Source of the DNA: Phycisphaerae bacterium
GTDB lineage: Bacteria > Planctomycetota > Phycisphaerae > UBA1845 > Fen-1342
NCBI GenBank assembly: GCA_050115495.1
Contig: JASFQK010000010.1
Coordinates: forward strand, 96,360-160,359
DNA: 64,000 nt
Reading direction: 5' to 3'
A program made the position numbers and the translations under genes. This document shows positions 1 through 9,260 of this stretch, in pieces. Position 1 is the first letter of the stretch. Each line of letters starts with the position of its first letter. The notes under the pieces were generated by a model. That model was not told the DNA's origin. It did not search any database and saw nothing but the letters and a program-made list of their open reading frames with translations.

Positions 1-331
1 CTGGCCGCTGATCACCATGATGACGTCGCAGGTTGCCCGCCTGGCGGCGGCGGTGGCGATCGTGGCGGTCGCCGTCCTCGCCGCGATGTTCGTCTACGGG
101 AAGGCGGGCCGCCGACTGCTGCTGCTGACCTGGGTCTTCAGCCTGCTCTACATTTCACCGCACTGGCTGGTGGATCCGCGGTACTACATCGTGCCGACGG
201 TCTTGCTCGGCCTGCTCACGCCGTTGGGACCGGTGTCGGCGCGCTGGCAGATCGCGTGGCAGGCCGCGCTCACTGCCGGGCTGGCGGCGTACATCGTGGT
301 CTGCGGCAGCCCGAACGGCGGGGTGCTTTGA
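1..331 (+). CDS. C-terminal part of a polytopic membrane protein, possibly a GT-C glycosyltransferase (5'-partial)
   Basis: Hydrophobic helices; PHWLVDPRYYIVP resembles the (D/E)xRY.I.P motif near GT-C C-termini; frame probably begins upstream of the window. Confidence 0.5.
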   Translation, partial: WPLITMMTSQVARLAAAVAIVAVAVLAAMFVYGKAGRRLLLLTWVFSLLYISPHWLVDPRYYIVPTVLLGLLTPLGPVSARWQIAWQAALTAGLAAYIVVCGSPNGGVL

Positions 332-534
332 GGGTTATCCAGCCGTGCGCGGCAGCAACCAGGACCCGAACACCGGGTGCAGGTCGCGTTAATCCGTGAT
401 GAGGAAGGCCGCTGACTTGACGCCCGGCCCGGAATGCGCTTGAATCCGGATTCTCGTGCGCTTGGCGCGGTTGTCATGGTACATCGGCGGGGCGGGACCG
501 CGCAGTCGGCGTCGAACAGCGAGCGAGGGCGACC

Positions 535-771
535 GTGAACATCCCCGAATACTGGTGGCCGTACCTGTATCAATACGGCGTTGGACTGGCCATTTTCCTG
601 ACCGGCCTGTGGATCATCCTCAGGTACAAGAGCTGCGTGCTGAGCCGCCAGAGTGACCGCTTCTGGTTCGGCGTGCTGATCTTCGGCTTCATCTGGTACG
701 CAGGCATTCACTTCCTGTGGTATATGGCGGCGATGTATATCATGCCGGCCCCCTCCGGGGGGGCGGGATGA
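535..771 (+). CDS. Small two-helix membrane protein, likely accessory to the downstream symporter
   Basis: 78 aa, two aromatic-rich TM segments; its TGA overlaps the symporter ATG (ATGA 768-771). Confidence 0.75.
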   Translation: MNIPEYWWPYLYQYGVGLAIFLTGLWIILRYKSCVLSRQSDRFWFGVLIFGFIWYAGIHFLWYMAAMYIMPAPSGGAG

Positions 772-2807
772 TGCTGACCATGCTCGCGGAAGCCACGCAG
801 CCGGCGTCGCAGGCCGCGGCGGCCGCCGGCTCGGTGGCCCAGCCGCTGGACTACGTGGTTATCGGTGGCTATCTGCTCTTGATCCTCGGGTTCGGCAGCT
901 TCTTCGGTCGCTACGCGAAGTCGACGCGGGACTTCTTCTTCAGCGGGGCGAGATTCTCCTGGTGGCTCATCGGCATGAGCATGGTGGCCACCGGCGTCGG
1001 CTCGCACAGTTTCATCAAGTACGCCCAGAAAGGCTACGAGTACGGCATGTCCAGCGGCATGTCGTACATGAACGATTGGTTCTTCATCCCCTTCTTCATG
1101 TTCGGTTGGCTGCCGATTATCTACTTCTCGCGGGTGCGCTCGATCCCGGAGTACTTCCAGCGACGCTTCGGGACGGTGGCTCGCTTCCTGGCCGTGTTGG
1201 CGATCCTGGAGTACATGGTCGGCTACATCGGCTACAACCTGTTCACGTTGGGCACCGTCGCCCATCAGGTGCTCGGTGTCGAGATCTGGCAGGCGATCGT
1301 CGTCATCTCCGTGATCTCGGGTATCTATATCACCGCAGGCGGCCAGACGGCCGTCATTTTCACCGACCTGGCCCAGGGCTTCATGCTGCTGTTTGCCGGA
1401 TTGCTGCTGTTCGGGCTGGGGCTGGACTACCTGGCGTTTGACGGCGCGATACTCGATGGCCTCAAGACGTTCTGGACACACCTGAGCCTGTCGGAGCGCT
1501 TGCCTTTTGCCGGCTTCAACGAGCCGCAGAACTTCAACTTCGTCGGTGTGTTCTGGCAGGACGGGATCGCCGGCAGCATCGCGTTTCTGTTCATCAGCCA
1601 GGGGCTCATCATGCGCTTCCTGGCGGCCAAGAGCGTGAATGAGGGCCGCAAGGCGATTCTGTTCAACACGGTATTCATTCTGCCCATCAGTATGATCGTC
1701 GTGGGGAACGCTGGCTGGCTCGGCAACGTGATGGTCGATATGGGGTTGATCGACGCCCCTGCCAAGTCGCGTGACATCTTCATCGAGGTTGCCGGGCGCA
1801 TCTGCGTGCCGGGCATATTCGGGTTTGTGCTGGCGGCGCTGTCGGCCGCGCTGATGTCCACGATCGACACCCTAACGAACGCGACGGCGGCGCTGTTCAT
1901 CTACGACGTGTACCAGCCGTACCTCCGGCCCGGCGCGTCCGATCGGCACTACATGAGGTCCGCCCGCGTGGCCTCGGCGTGCACGGCCCTGCTCGGGCTC
2001 GGCGTGGGCCTGTTTTTCATGGGGTTCGGCAAGGACATGTACAAGATCCACGGCATGTTCCAGGCCTTCGTGTCCCCACCGATCGTGGCTGCTGTGTTCC
2101 TGGGTGCGTTCTGGCGGCGGTTCACGTCGGCAGGGGCTATTGCCGCCATGGCCGGTGGCATGATCTGTATCGGGCTGTCCAAGGTCTTCCCGACTCTGGT
2201 CTGGCCGTTCGCCCACGGCGTGGCGCCGGACGACAGCGGTCAGTACAACTACATGACCGCGTGCTTCGGGCTGTTCTGTTCGGCGTTCATCGGTGCTGTC
2301 GTGTCGCTCATGACGCGGCCGAAGACGGATCAGGAGATCGCCGGCCTGTGGATCGGCACCATGGACTTCAGCATGCGCCGCTTCAAGGGCGCTACGCCGA
2401 ATCACGAAGTTGGCAAGCGCGTTTTCGCCGACCTGCGTGTTTCGCCCGACGGCACCACTCCGGCCACTACTGCGCTGACGTTCGAAGAGCATCAGCGGCC
2501 GTCCGACGATTCGCCGCCGTCCGACGCGCTGCAATACGCCCGGACACCGCTCAGGCCGCCCGGACCGCCGCCGCCCGAGTATGCCATTGTCCGCGTGGGG
2601 TCGGCGGACATGGAGCGTATGAGGGCGGAGCCCGGCGACCTGCTCTATGTCAGTGACGCCCGCTGGTGGCTGGGCGGCTTGCGCTCGCTGCACTGCCGCG
2701 CGGGCACGCCGCACGAGCAGGATGGCACCGTGCTCATGAACGAGGCGGCTTTCGCCGGCGGTAGCTTCGTTCGCGGCCGGCGCGTGCGCGTCGAGAAGTT
2801 CTTCTAG
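768..2807 (+). CDS. Sodium:solute symporter (SSS) family protein with a C-terminal soluble domain
   Basis: LDYVVI..Y, DFFFSG, SIPEYFQRRF, YITAGGQTAVIFTD, AALMSTID motifs; many TM helices. Confidence 0.92.
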   Translation: MMLTMLAEATQPASQAAAAAGSVAQPLDYVVIGGYLLLILGFGSFFGRYAKSTRDFFFSGARFSWWLIGMSMVATGVGSHSFIKYAQKGYEYGMSSGMSYMNDWFFIPFFMFGWLPIIYFSRVRSIPEYFQRRFGTVARFLAVLAILEYMVGYIGYNLFTLGTVAHQVLGVEIWQAIVVISVISGIYITAGGQTAVIFTDLAQGFMLLFAGLLLFGLGLDYLAFDGAILDGLKTFWTHLSLSERLPFAGFNEPQNFNFVGVFWQDGIAGSIAFLFISQGLIMRFLAAKSVNEGRKAILFNTVFILPISMIVVGNAGWLGNVMVDMGLIDAPAKSRDIFIEVAGRICVPGIFGFVLAALSAALMSTIDTLTNATAALFIYDVYQPYLRPGASDRHYMRSARVASACTALLGLGVGLFFMGFGKDMYKIHGMFQAFVSPPIVAAVFLGAFWRRFTSAGAIAAMAGGMICIGLSKVFPTLVWPFAHGVAPDDSGQYNYMTACFGLFCSAFIGAVVSLMTRPKTDQEIAGLWIGTMDFSMRRFKGATPNHEVGKRVFADLRVSPDGTTPATTALTFEEHQRPSDDSPPSDALQYARTPLRPPGPPPPEYAIVRVGSADMERMRAEPGDLLYVSDARWWLGGLRSLHCRAGTPHEQDGTVLMNEAAFAGGSFVRGRRVRVEKFF

Positions 2808-2812
2808 CCGCG

Positions 2813-3760
2813 ATGTCTCCGCAGCGCGGGCATAACGAGTGGCGCGAGGCGGTGACGTATCCCGTCCGTGAGCAGACCGCCACATGGCACGATGCCGCCC
2901 GCGGCCGCGACGTGCCGATCCGCGTCTACCTGCCCGATGGGCTCGAAGGCCGCGCCCCGGTGGTCGTCTTTTCTCACGGCCTGGGCAGCTCCTGTGACGG
3001 CTACGCCTACCTCGGCCGGCACTGGGCCGCCGGCGGGTATCTCGTCGTACACCCCACGCACATCGGCAGTGACGCCGACGCCTTGCGCGGCCCCGGCGGG
3101 TTGCCGCCGCGCAGCCTGGCGGAGTTCCTGGCCGATGTACAGCAATGGCAGGATCGGCCCCGCGATGTGTCGTTCGTGCTCGATCGCCTCGCTGACGAGC
3201 CCAAGCTGCGCGAGCATGCCGACCTCGACCGTGTCGCCGCCGCCGGCCATTCGTACGGGGCGTTCACGGCCCTTGCGCTGGCGGGGCTGGTCATCGACTT
3301 GCCCGACCGGCTCGGCGTGACCTTCCGCGACCCGCGGGTTCGAGCGGCCATCGTCATGTCGCCGCAAAGCCAGGACAAATTCGGCCTGCGCGTCGATTCG
3401 TGGAACCGGATCGATATCCCGGTCCTGTCGCTGACCGGCACGAAGGACATGGAGTACGGCGTCGGGTCGGCGGCGCCGCGGCGCACGTCGTACGACCGCA
3501 CGCCAGGGCGGGACCAGTTCCTCGTCACGATCGACGGGGCGACGCACGCCACGTTTGATGATCCGCACCGGCTGCGCATCCGCGTCAAGCCGCACAACCC
3601 GGCTCATCACGAGTACATCCGGGCGGTGACGGCGGCGTTTCTCGATGCGTGCCTGCGCGGCTCCGCAGCGGCGCAGCGGTGGCTGTTGAGCGGGGCGGTG
3701 GAGCGACTCTCCGCCGGCGCCTGCCGGTTCGAGTACAAGCGGGTGAACCTGCTCCCCTGA
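2813..3760 (+). CDS. Alpha/beta hydrolase (dienelactone hydrolase/PAF-acetylhydrolase-like)
   Basis: VVFSHGLG, nucleophile elbow GHSYG, TGTKD, GATH; start could be GTG 2852. Confidence 0.88.
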   Translation: MSPQRGHNEWREAVTYPVREQTATWHDAARGRDVPIRVYLPDGLEGRAPVVVFSHGLGSSCDGYAYLGRHWAAGGYLVVHPTHIGSDADALRGPGGLPPRSLAEFLADVQQWQDRPRDVSFVLDRLADEPKLREHADLDRVAAAGHSYGAFTALALAGLVIDLPDRLGVTFRDPRVRAAIVMSPQSQDKFGLRVDSWNRIDIPVLSLTGTKDMEYGVGSAAPRRTSYDRTPGRDQFLVTIDGATHATFDDPHRLRIRVKPHNPAHHEYIRAVTAAFLDACLRGSAAAQRWLLSGAVERLSAGACRFEYKRVNLLP

Positions 3761-3775
3761 CTGGTCGGGCCGCGG

Positions 3776-4939
3776 CTACTTGCGCCGCTTCGCCTTGCGG
3801 ATGTTGACGTCGATGCTCTTCACGCGTTTGTTGGCGATCTTGTAGCTTCCCTCGACGCGTCGGCCGTTCGGCAGCTCGCAGATGACGAGCCGGCGGCCGG
3901 GCTTCTTCTCGACGGTCCACGTGCCGCGTGACGGGGCGTCCTTCAAAGCCTGCGTTAGCAATGCCGACGGCAGCCAGTCGTCAGCGTGGTGCCGCAACTC
4001 GCCCGCCTCCGCCGCCGCGGCGAATTCCTCGAACGTGTCGAAGAACTGGCGCTGGCTGAAAGCCCGGGCATAGAAGCTGGTCAGGGCCGCGACGGTGGTT
4101 TCGGCGTACAGGTCTGCGGTCGGGTTTTCATCGAGACTGAGCCAGTACTCCTCCCAGCGCTGCTGAAAGGCGTCGACGCTGTTGCCGAAGATACGGGCCC
4201 AGGCCGCCTCCCAGTTCTGCCCGCGGCTGACCTCTTTCAGGAAGCGTCCGAATGGCTCCTGGTAGCGTCCGTTGTCGGCGTGCGCGAGGAAATGGACCAT
4301 GGCCCAGGCCTGGTCGTAGTTCGCCAACGCGTCGCCCATCATGACTTCCACGTTCCAGGCGGCGTGCGGCAGCCGCATCATGTCGAGCAGGGGCCGGAAG
4401 TGCTTTCGGTTGATGCCGCTCTTGATGCGGATCAGCCGGTCCGGCGGGATGAGACCGGTGTAGAAACCGTCGCCGGTGTAGATGCCGTGGCCGAAATACT
4501 CCGCCATGCCCTCGTTGGCCCAGATGGGCAGGTCGTCACCGATAGCCGCGTCGGCGAACTGGTGGAAGCCCTCGTGCTGGAGGACGTGCCAAGTGCGTTC
4601 GGTCAGCTCCTCGCCGGCGAGAACCATCAGCCGGTCGCCCATGAAGACGCCCGCGGTGTTCGGCATGCCGCCGTGGGCGTAGTAGTTGGAGACGTCGCGG
4701 AAGACGTAGACGGGCAGCCGGTCGCGGATCGTGCGTGAGAAGCCGCTGGTGCGGTTGTGGTACTCCTCGGCCATGAGCGTCAGGCGGCTCACGAGCTCCT
4801 GGGCACGCTCGGTGTCCGTGTCGGTGTGCAGGCTGTAGTACTTGGTTTCATACGTGCGCAACTGAGCTTGCGCCGATGGGGTCCCGAGTTGCACCGAGAC
4901 CAGCGTCGCCATCGCGGCGAGCAAAACGGACGGTCGCAT
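3776..4939 (-). CDS. Secreted DUF1570 / zincin-like metallopeptidase domain protein
   Basis: Signal peptide; HEGFHQF..PIWANEGMAEYF..YDQAWAMVHFL. Confidence 0.85.
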   Translation of the reverse strand: MRPSVLLAAMATLVSVQLGTPSAQAQLRTYETKYYSLHTDTDTERAQELVSRLTLMAEEYHNRTSGFSRTIRDRLPVYVFRDVSNYYAHGGMPNTAGVFMGDRLMVLAGEELTERTWHVLQHEGFHQFADAAIGDDLPIWANEGMAEYFGHGIYTGDGFYTGLIPPDRLIRIKSGINRKHFRPLLDMMRLPHAAWNVEVMMGDALANYDQAWAMVHFLAHADNGRYQEPFGRFLKEVSRGQNWEAAWARIFGNSVDAFQQRWEEYWLSLDENPTADLYAETTVAALTSFYARAFSQRQFFDTFEEFAAAAEAGELRHHADDWLPSALLTQALKDAPSRGTWTVEKKPGRRLVICELPNGRRVEGSYKIANKRVKSIDVNIRKAKRRK

Positions 4940-4971
4940 ACGAAATCCTCCCTATCGTGTCGGGCCGTGGC

Positions 4972-5265
4972 TCAGGTGAGCTTCGCATCGCAGCGGCAGA
5001 CCATCTCGCCGCAGCCGGGACAGCCCGACGTGAACTTGCCGATCGCCTCCTCCAGGTCGATATCCTCGACGTTGGCCAGGGTCACCAGCCAGGCGAAGAC
5101 GTCGGCGAACTCCTCGCGTAGGTTCTCGCGGTCCTGTTTGGCGACCCCGCTGGCCAATTCGCCGAACTCCTCAGCGAGCCAAAGGAACGTCTTGGCGGCG
5201 CCGCGGCGACGGTCCTTGTCGGAATACATGCGGTCGATCAGTTGCTGGAATTCGCGGATGTGCAC
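4972..5265 (-). CDS. MazG-like nucleotide pyrophosphohydrolase
   Basis: LAEEFGELA..EEFADVFAWLVTLAN; C-terminal CPGC..C.C; GTG start inferred at 5265. Confidence 0.88.
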   Translation of the reverse strand: MHIREFQQLIDRMYSDKDRRRGAAKTFLWLAEEFGELASGVAKQDRENLREEFADVFAWLVTLANVEDIDLEEAIGKFTSGCPGCGEMVCRCDAKLT

Positions 5266-5324
5266 GGTGGCCCTCTTGCCTCTTACAATGGCCGGGCCGG
5301 GGGACGCCGGGAGCGACGCTGGCC

Positions 5325-5774
5325 ATGCCGCAGCCACACGACCGCAAGCACGCGCCGCCGGTCTTCGAGCCGGCGCTGGCCGACTGGCCTGATACAGGAG
5401 TGTATCAGCTTTGGCTGGAGGTGTCAGTCGGGTTGCGGTTGCGGGTGGGGCGGCTGGGGCGGGTGAGCCTGGAACCGGGTGTGTACGTGTATACGGGGAG
5501 GGCGTCGCGGGGGCTGCGGGCCCGGGTGCTGCGGCACGCTCGGGGGGCCCGCCGGCGGCACTGGCACATCGACTACCTGCTGGCCCGGGCGGAGGTGCGG
5601 CTTTTGCGCGTGCGACTGGCTGCCGGCGAGGCGGAGGCGGAATGTGCTGTGAACAAGGCTGTTCCGGGTGGCGAGTGCGTGTTGCCGGGCTTTGGCAGCT
5701 CGGATTGCCGGCGGGGATGCGGTTCACATTTGCGTTACGTGCCCGTTGCGCTTGACGCTCGTGCGGCGGAGTAG
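5325..5774 (+). CDS. DUF123 / GIY-YIG-like nuclease family protein
   Basis: GVYQL..GVYVYTG.A..RV.RH..HWHIDYLL..GFGSSDC..C.SHL. Confidence 0.85.
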   Translation: MPQPHDRKHAPPVFEPALADWPDTGVYQLWLEVSVGLRLRVGRLGRVSLEPGVYVYTGRASRGLRARVLRHARGARRRHWHIDYLLARAEVRLLRVRLAAGEAEAECAVNKAVPGGECVLPGFGSSDCRRGCGSHLRYVPVALDARAAE

Positions 5775-5813
5775 TATCGGTATGTCCAGGCGTCATATCG
5801 AGAGGGTGCAGCG

Positions 5814-6242
5814 ATGCGGTTCGACATCAACAGAGTGGACGTGTGGGCGGGAGAGGTTCCGGACCGGCGTGGTTCGCTGGCCAATACGCTCCGCGCGCTA
5901 TTCGACGCGGGGGCCGACCTGGACTTCATCATGGGCCGGCCGTCGCCGGTGAAGCCGAATACGGGCATCCTCTATGTCGCTCCGGTTGAGGGCGAGGCAC
6001 AGGTGCAGGCGGCGGCCGCGGCGGGGCTGGTGCCTTCGGGGTTGGTGCCGGCCCTGCGGATCGGCGGACCGGACGAGCGGGGTCTGGCCGAGCGGATCGC
6101 CCGGGCGCTGTCCGACGCGGGTATCAATATCGCGGCCTGGATGGCCGGACGCATGGCCGACCGCTGCGTGATGCACCTGCGGTTCGAGCGGGACGAAGAC
6201 CTGACGAGGGCGGAAGAGGTGCTGAAGGAGGTGTTGAAATAA
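5814..6242 (+). CDS. Tandem ACT-domain protein
   Basis: DRRGSLA..L..AGADL and DERGLA.I..L..AGINI ACT signatures. Confidence 0.85.
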   Translation: MRFDINRVDVWAGEVPDRRGSLANTLRALFDAGADLDFIMGRPSPVKPNTGILYVAPVEGEAQVQAAAAAGLVPSGLVPALRIGGPDERGLAERIARALSDAGINIAAWMAGRMADRCVMHLRFERDEDLTRAEEVLKEVLK

Positions 6243-6338
6243 GCGGCGCGCCGTCGGGCGGCGGGCACGACGGCGGCAACGGGTGACAGAGCTGGCCATG
6301 CCGGGGCCTGCGTCCCGGCGTCAATCGTGGGGCGAGCG

Positions 6339-6764
6339 ATGGCATTTGAGATTACCAAGGTCGAAGTCTGGGAGGGGCGGGTTATCGATCGACCGGGGGC
6401 GTTGTCCGAGCAACTGGCGGAAGTGATGCGGGCCGGGGCGAACCTCGACATGATCATGGCGCGCCCCTGTCCGCTGCGTCCGGACGAGTGCACGCTGGTC
6501 CTGGGTCCGCTGCACGGCGAGGCTCAGACCACCGCCGCCGAACAGGCGGACCTGCACCGGTCCGGCGAGCATTGGCTGCGGCTGGAGGGTCCGGACCGGC
6601 CCTGGCTGGCGGCGGGCATCTCGCGGACGGTGGCCGACAGCGGCGTGAACATCAAGTCGATGACCGGCACGGTTCTCGGTGACCGTTGCGTGGTGTACAT
6701 CTCGTTCGCGACCGAAGCCGACGCCCGCCGGGCGGCGCAGGTGCTGACGCCGGTTTTGGGCTGA
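6339..6764 (+). CDS. Tandem ACT-domain protein, paralogue of the upstream gene
   Basis: DRPGAL..AGANL and DRPWLAA.I..GVNI; colinear with 5814-6242. Confidence 0.85.
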   Translation: MAFEITKVEVWEGRVIDRPGALSEQLAEVMRAGANLDMIMARPCPLRPDECTLVLGPLHGEAQTTAAEQADLHRSGEHWLRLEGPDRPWLAAGISRTVADSGVNIKSMTGTVLGDRCVVYISFATEADARRAAQVLTPVLG

Positions 6765-6789
6765 TGGACGCGTCGGGCGAGCAGGGCAG

Positions 6790-6810
6790 GTAGGGCAGGC
6801 CCTGCCCGCC
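6790..6810 (+). repeat. GTAG-type REP-like repeat, left flank of islet
   Basis: gtagggcaggccctgcccgcc; 18/21 identical to 9257-9277. Confidence 0.6.
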
Positions 6811-6893
6811 AATATCGGCGGAACCTACCTGCTGACCGCCGTGGCCCGCCCCGCATCTTCTGGTGGGTATCGCGTGGCACCCGCCTGTCTTGC

Positions 6894-7166
6894 CTACCCT
6901 CTGCGGCTCTTCCGCGGCGCACGCGGTCGTGAGGCTTGCTTCTCCAGAGCAGCCTTTACCATATCAGGGGGCTCCTCAATCGTTGCATAGCCTTCGGCAA
7001 TGGCTTGTGCCCAGGCCCGGTAGAGACGCTTCGTTTCATCATCCGCGTTGAAGTACCATATCAGGCCGCTTGTGCAGGCCAATTGCTTGTGGCCGTGCTC
7101 CTCCTGCATGAAGCGCTCTCGCACTACCTCGGGCACCTGCGAGTTGAACTTAGCGAACCTAGCCAT
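6894..7166 (-). CDS. Hypothetical protein, possibly a ribbon-helix-helix-like regulator
   Basis: ORF MARFAKFNSQVPEVVRERF...; start 7166 or 7199; fold is a guess. Confidence 0.5.
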   Translation of the reverse strand: MARFAKFNSQVPEVVRERFMQEEHGHKQLACTSGLIWYFNADDETKRLYRAWAQAIAEGYATIEEPPDMVKAALEKQASRPRAPRKSRRG

Positions 7167-7237
7167 GGCATCAATATAACCATGGTTCCAGCATGTCATC
7201 TATGATCATGAAACCGCGAAAAAACCGTGAAATAAAG

Positions 7238-7266
7238 TTGACAACAACCTGGATAGCCCGTATGTT
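7238..7266 (+). promoter_or_regulatory. Sigma70-like promoter with no downstream + strand gene
   Basis: TTGACA-17 nt-TATGTT preceded by an A-rich tract. Confidence 0.65.
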
Positions 7267-7272
7267 TTACGT

Positions 7273-7357
7273 GGTTGCCTGCCGCAACTGCCCAGCACCG
7301 GATAGCCTGCAGGTGCTCTCGTTGCGAGAATGCTTGCACTTGGTAGATGAGCAGGCC
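7273..7357 (+). ncRNA. Candidate structured small RNA
   Basis: Follows the promoter at 7238; nested stems gcctgc/gcaggc, ctgcc/ggtag, agcacc/ggtgct, ctcg/cgag, seen by eye. Confidence 0.35.
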
Positions 7358-7375
7358 GCGCGGGCCAATTTCCCC

Positions 7376-7639
7376 CTACTCCCTCTGCGTGTGCTTGCGT
7401 TTCCCCCTGCGCTTGGGCGGATCGGGCACGATCTCAAGGAAATCCTGAATGGGAACCTGCAAGGCGAGACAGAGCTTCTCCACGTTCGCCAGAGTCGGGT
7501 GATAGTTCTCGCGCGTTGCGATCGACTGAAGCGTGCCAACTGCCAAGCCTGTCACACGGGCAAGATCCTCATACGTGATGCGCCTGCCAGTTCGACGCCG
7601 GTATGCCAACATCGCCTCTCTGAGCTTGACGATCACCAT
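7376..7639 (-). CDS. Cro/C1 (XRE)-type HTH transcriptional regulator
   Basis: ITYEDLARVTGLAVGTLQSIA..PTLANVEKLCLALQVPIQDFL. Confidence 0.9.
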   Translation of the reverse strand: MVIVKLREAMLAYRRRTGRRITYEDLARVTGLAVGTLQSIATRENYHPTLANVEKLCLALQVPIQDFLEIVPDPPKRRGKRKHTQRE

Positions 7640-7687
7640 CAATTGTACCCAATAAGCGGAAAACCCGCGCAAAAATCGAGTTTCCTG

Positions 7688-7716
7688 TTGGCAGTCCCGA
7701 CGCTGCAGGTTATACT
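7688..7716 (+). promoter_or_regulatory. Sigma70-like promoter divergent from the HTH gene, bracketed by a candidate operator inverted repeat
   Basis: TTGGCA-17 nt-TATACT; tacccaat (7646-7653) / attgggta (7733-7740). Confidence 0.65.
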
Positions 7717-8136
7717 ACCATACGTGTCGATAATTGGGTAGTGCACGGCTGCATGAGCAACGGCCGTGCCCGGATCTTCATTACGATGATGTCGTGACCT
7801 TTGGGCTGTCAATGCAACGCGTCATGCGCGTTGTGCCAGTCTGGTCATGACAGCCTCGCCCGGGCGAGTGTCCGCGCTTATCATGCGGGCGCTGCCCGGT
7901 GCGCGGGGTCGCGGAGACTGGCTTGACGGCCCAACCGCGGCCTTCAGCGCATCGGGTGGCGCCCGTTTCCTTTAGGTGCCATCGGCTCTCGACGTTTCGC
8001 TGTCCCCCGACGGCGCCGTCACCCCTGCGCGAATGTACGCGGGTCGTGCGCGCCAATTGCGAGTCTGTCCGAGCGCACCCAGCAGGCACGGCCCGCTCTA
8101 CACGCCGACACGCAACACGCGAAGGAAGGACACCTG

Positions 8137-8502
8137 ATGGCAAAATCGCCGGAGCTGGACGAAGACACGTTTCAGGCCATGTGGAAGACCTTGCCGCTTA
8201 GCGACAAACGCTTCCTCGGTGCGTTGATCCTCATTACAGAGGCCGTCGGGGATGAGAAGCTGCGTTACCACGAATTGCCCGCCCGCCTGGAACACACGCT
8301 ACGGGAAGCCGATCGCGACACACTCTTCAGCCTTATCGCCGAGTGTCTCGGCCACTTGCTCAACGCCCCGGCGATGGAACGCGTCAGGCGATGTCACCGC
8401 CGCGGGCGAAGCGCGCGGCTCGCGTCCAAACAGAATCAGACGCGCGAGCCCAGACCGAACGGGGACGGCCGGCCCCCGGCCCGGGGGAGGCGACCAGGAT
8501 GA
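8137..8502 (+). CDS. Hypothetical protein
   Basis: RBS aagga upstream; helical 121-aa ORF; stop overlaps the next ATG. Confidence 0.6.
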   Translation: MAKSPELDEDTFQAMWKTLPLSDKRFLGALILITEAVGDEKLRYHELPARLEHTLREADRDTLFSLIAECLGHLLNAPAMERVRRCHRRGRSARLASKQNQTREPRPNGDGRPPARGRRPG

Positions 8503-9260
8503 ACGCGCGTGGCACAGAACATGTCACGTTTGCTGAGCCTCCCGTTGGGCGGGCTGTGCCTGCCGGTAGTGACACGCCGGAAGCGGCCGAGTCGGCGGGC
8601 GCGGCCGACCCCGCATTGGCCATGTCGCACAACGCATGCCAACCACGCCCGTTCGCCCTGACGGCCTTGCTCCGCGACCTCCAGCCGCATCCCGAACTCG
8701 ACCTGCGGACGATGGCCTATCACCTCCAGCAATCCGACGCCACCGCCGGCGACGGCTACGGTCACGCCGCCATCAACGAGGCCCGCTCCGCCCTCGAGGC
8801 CCTCATCGTCAGCATCGCCTGCACCATCCGCCACGGCGCGACGGATGGAACAGATACGCCCTTGCGCGAACGCGTCCAGAACGGCAGCACGTTCCGCACA
8901 CATCGCCGCTGCCTGATGGACGCCGGCTTCATTGACGCCGACGAGAGTGACTTGCTCCAATTCGTCTACAGCATGGCTAGCGCCAGAGGCAGCCATTACG
9001 GCGTGACCGACGAAGCCTGGACCCGCTTAGCTCGGCGAATCATCTTCGCCGTCGGCCAATACTTCACGCTGCGCTACGCCACGTGGAAGCGGAATGGCCG
9101 CCAACCGGCACCACCCGCTGTCAGTTGCCGTCAGCCAACGCCACGCTCCTGGCTCCCGAGTCTCCTCGCCAACCTCCTGCCCTGGCGGAGGGATACCCCA
9201 ACCCGCCCCTCTTCCATCAGGACGCCGACACGCCGCAAGCCCACGGATGGACACAAGTAG
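8499..9260 (+). CDS. Hypothetical protein with a HEPN/Abi-C-terminal-like helical domain
   Basis: AINEARSALEALI and later ARGSHYG in an all-helical context; ATGA coupling. Confidence 0.55.
   Translation: MNARGTEHVTFAEPPVGRAVPAGSDTPEAAESAGAADPALAMSHNACQPRPFALTALLRDLQPHPELDLRTMAYHLQQSDATAGDGYGHAAINEARSALEALIVSIACTIRHGATDGTDTPLRERVQNGSTFRTHRRCLMDAGFIDADESDLLQFVYSMASARGSHYGVTDEAWTRLARRIIFAVGQYFTLRYATWKRNGRQPAPPAVSCRQPTPRSWLPSLLANLLPWRRDTPTRPSSIRTPTRRKPTDGHK

Noticed and set aside
332..534. Riboswitch upstream of the SSS operon
   Set aside because: No recognisable aptamer consensus or convincing terminator was found by eye.
7193..7741. 182-aa plus-strand ORF over the HTH gene
   Set aside because: It is antisense to a clear XRE regulator and spans promoter elements.
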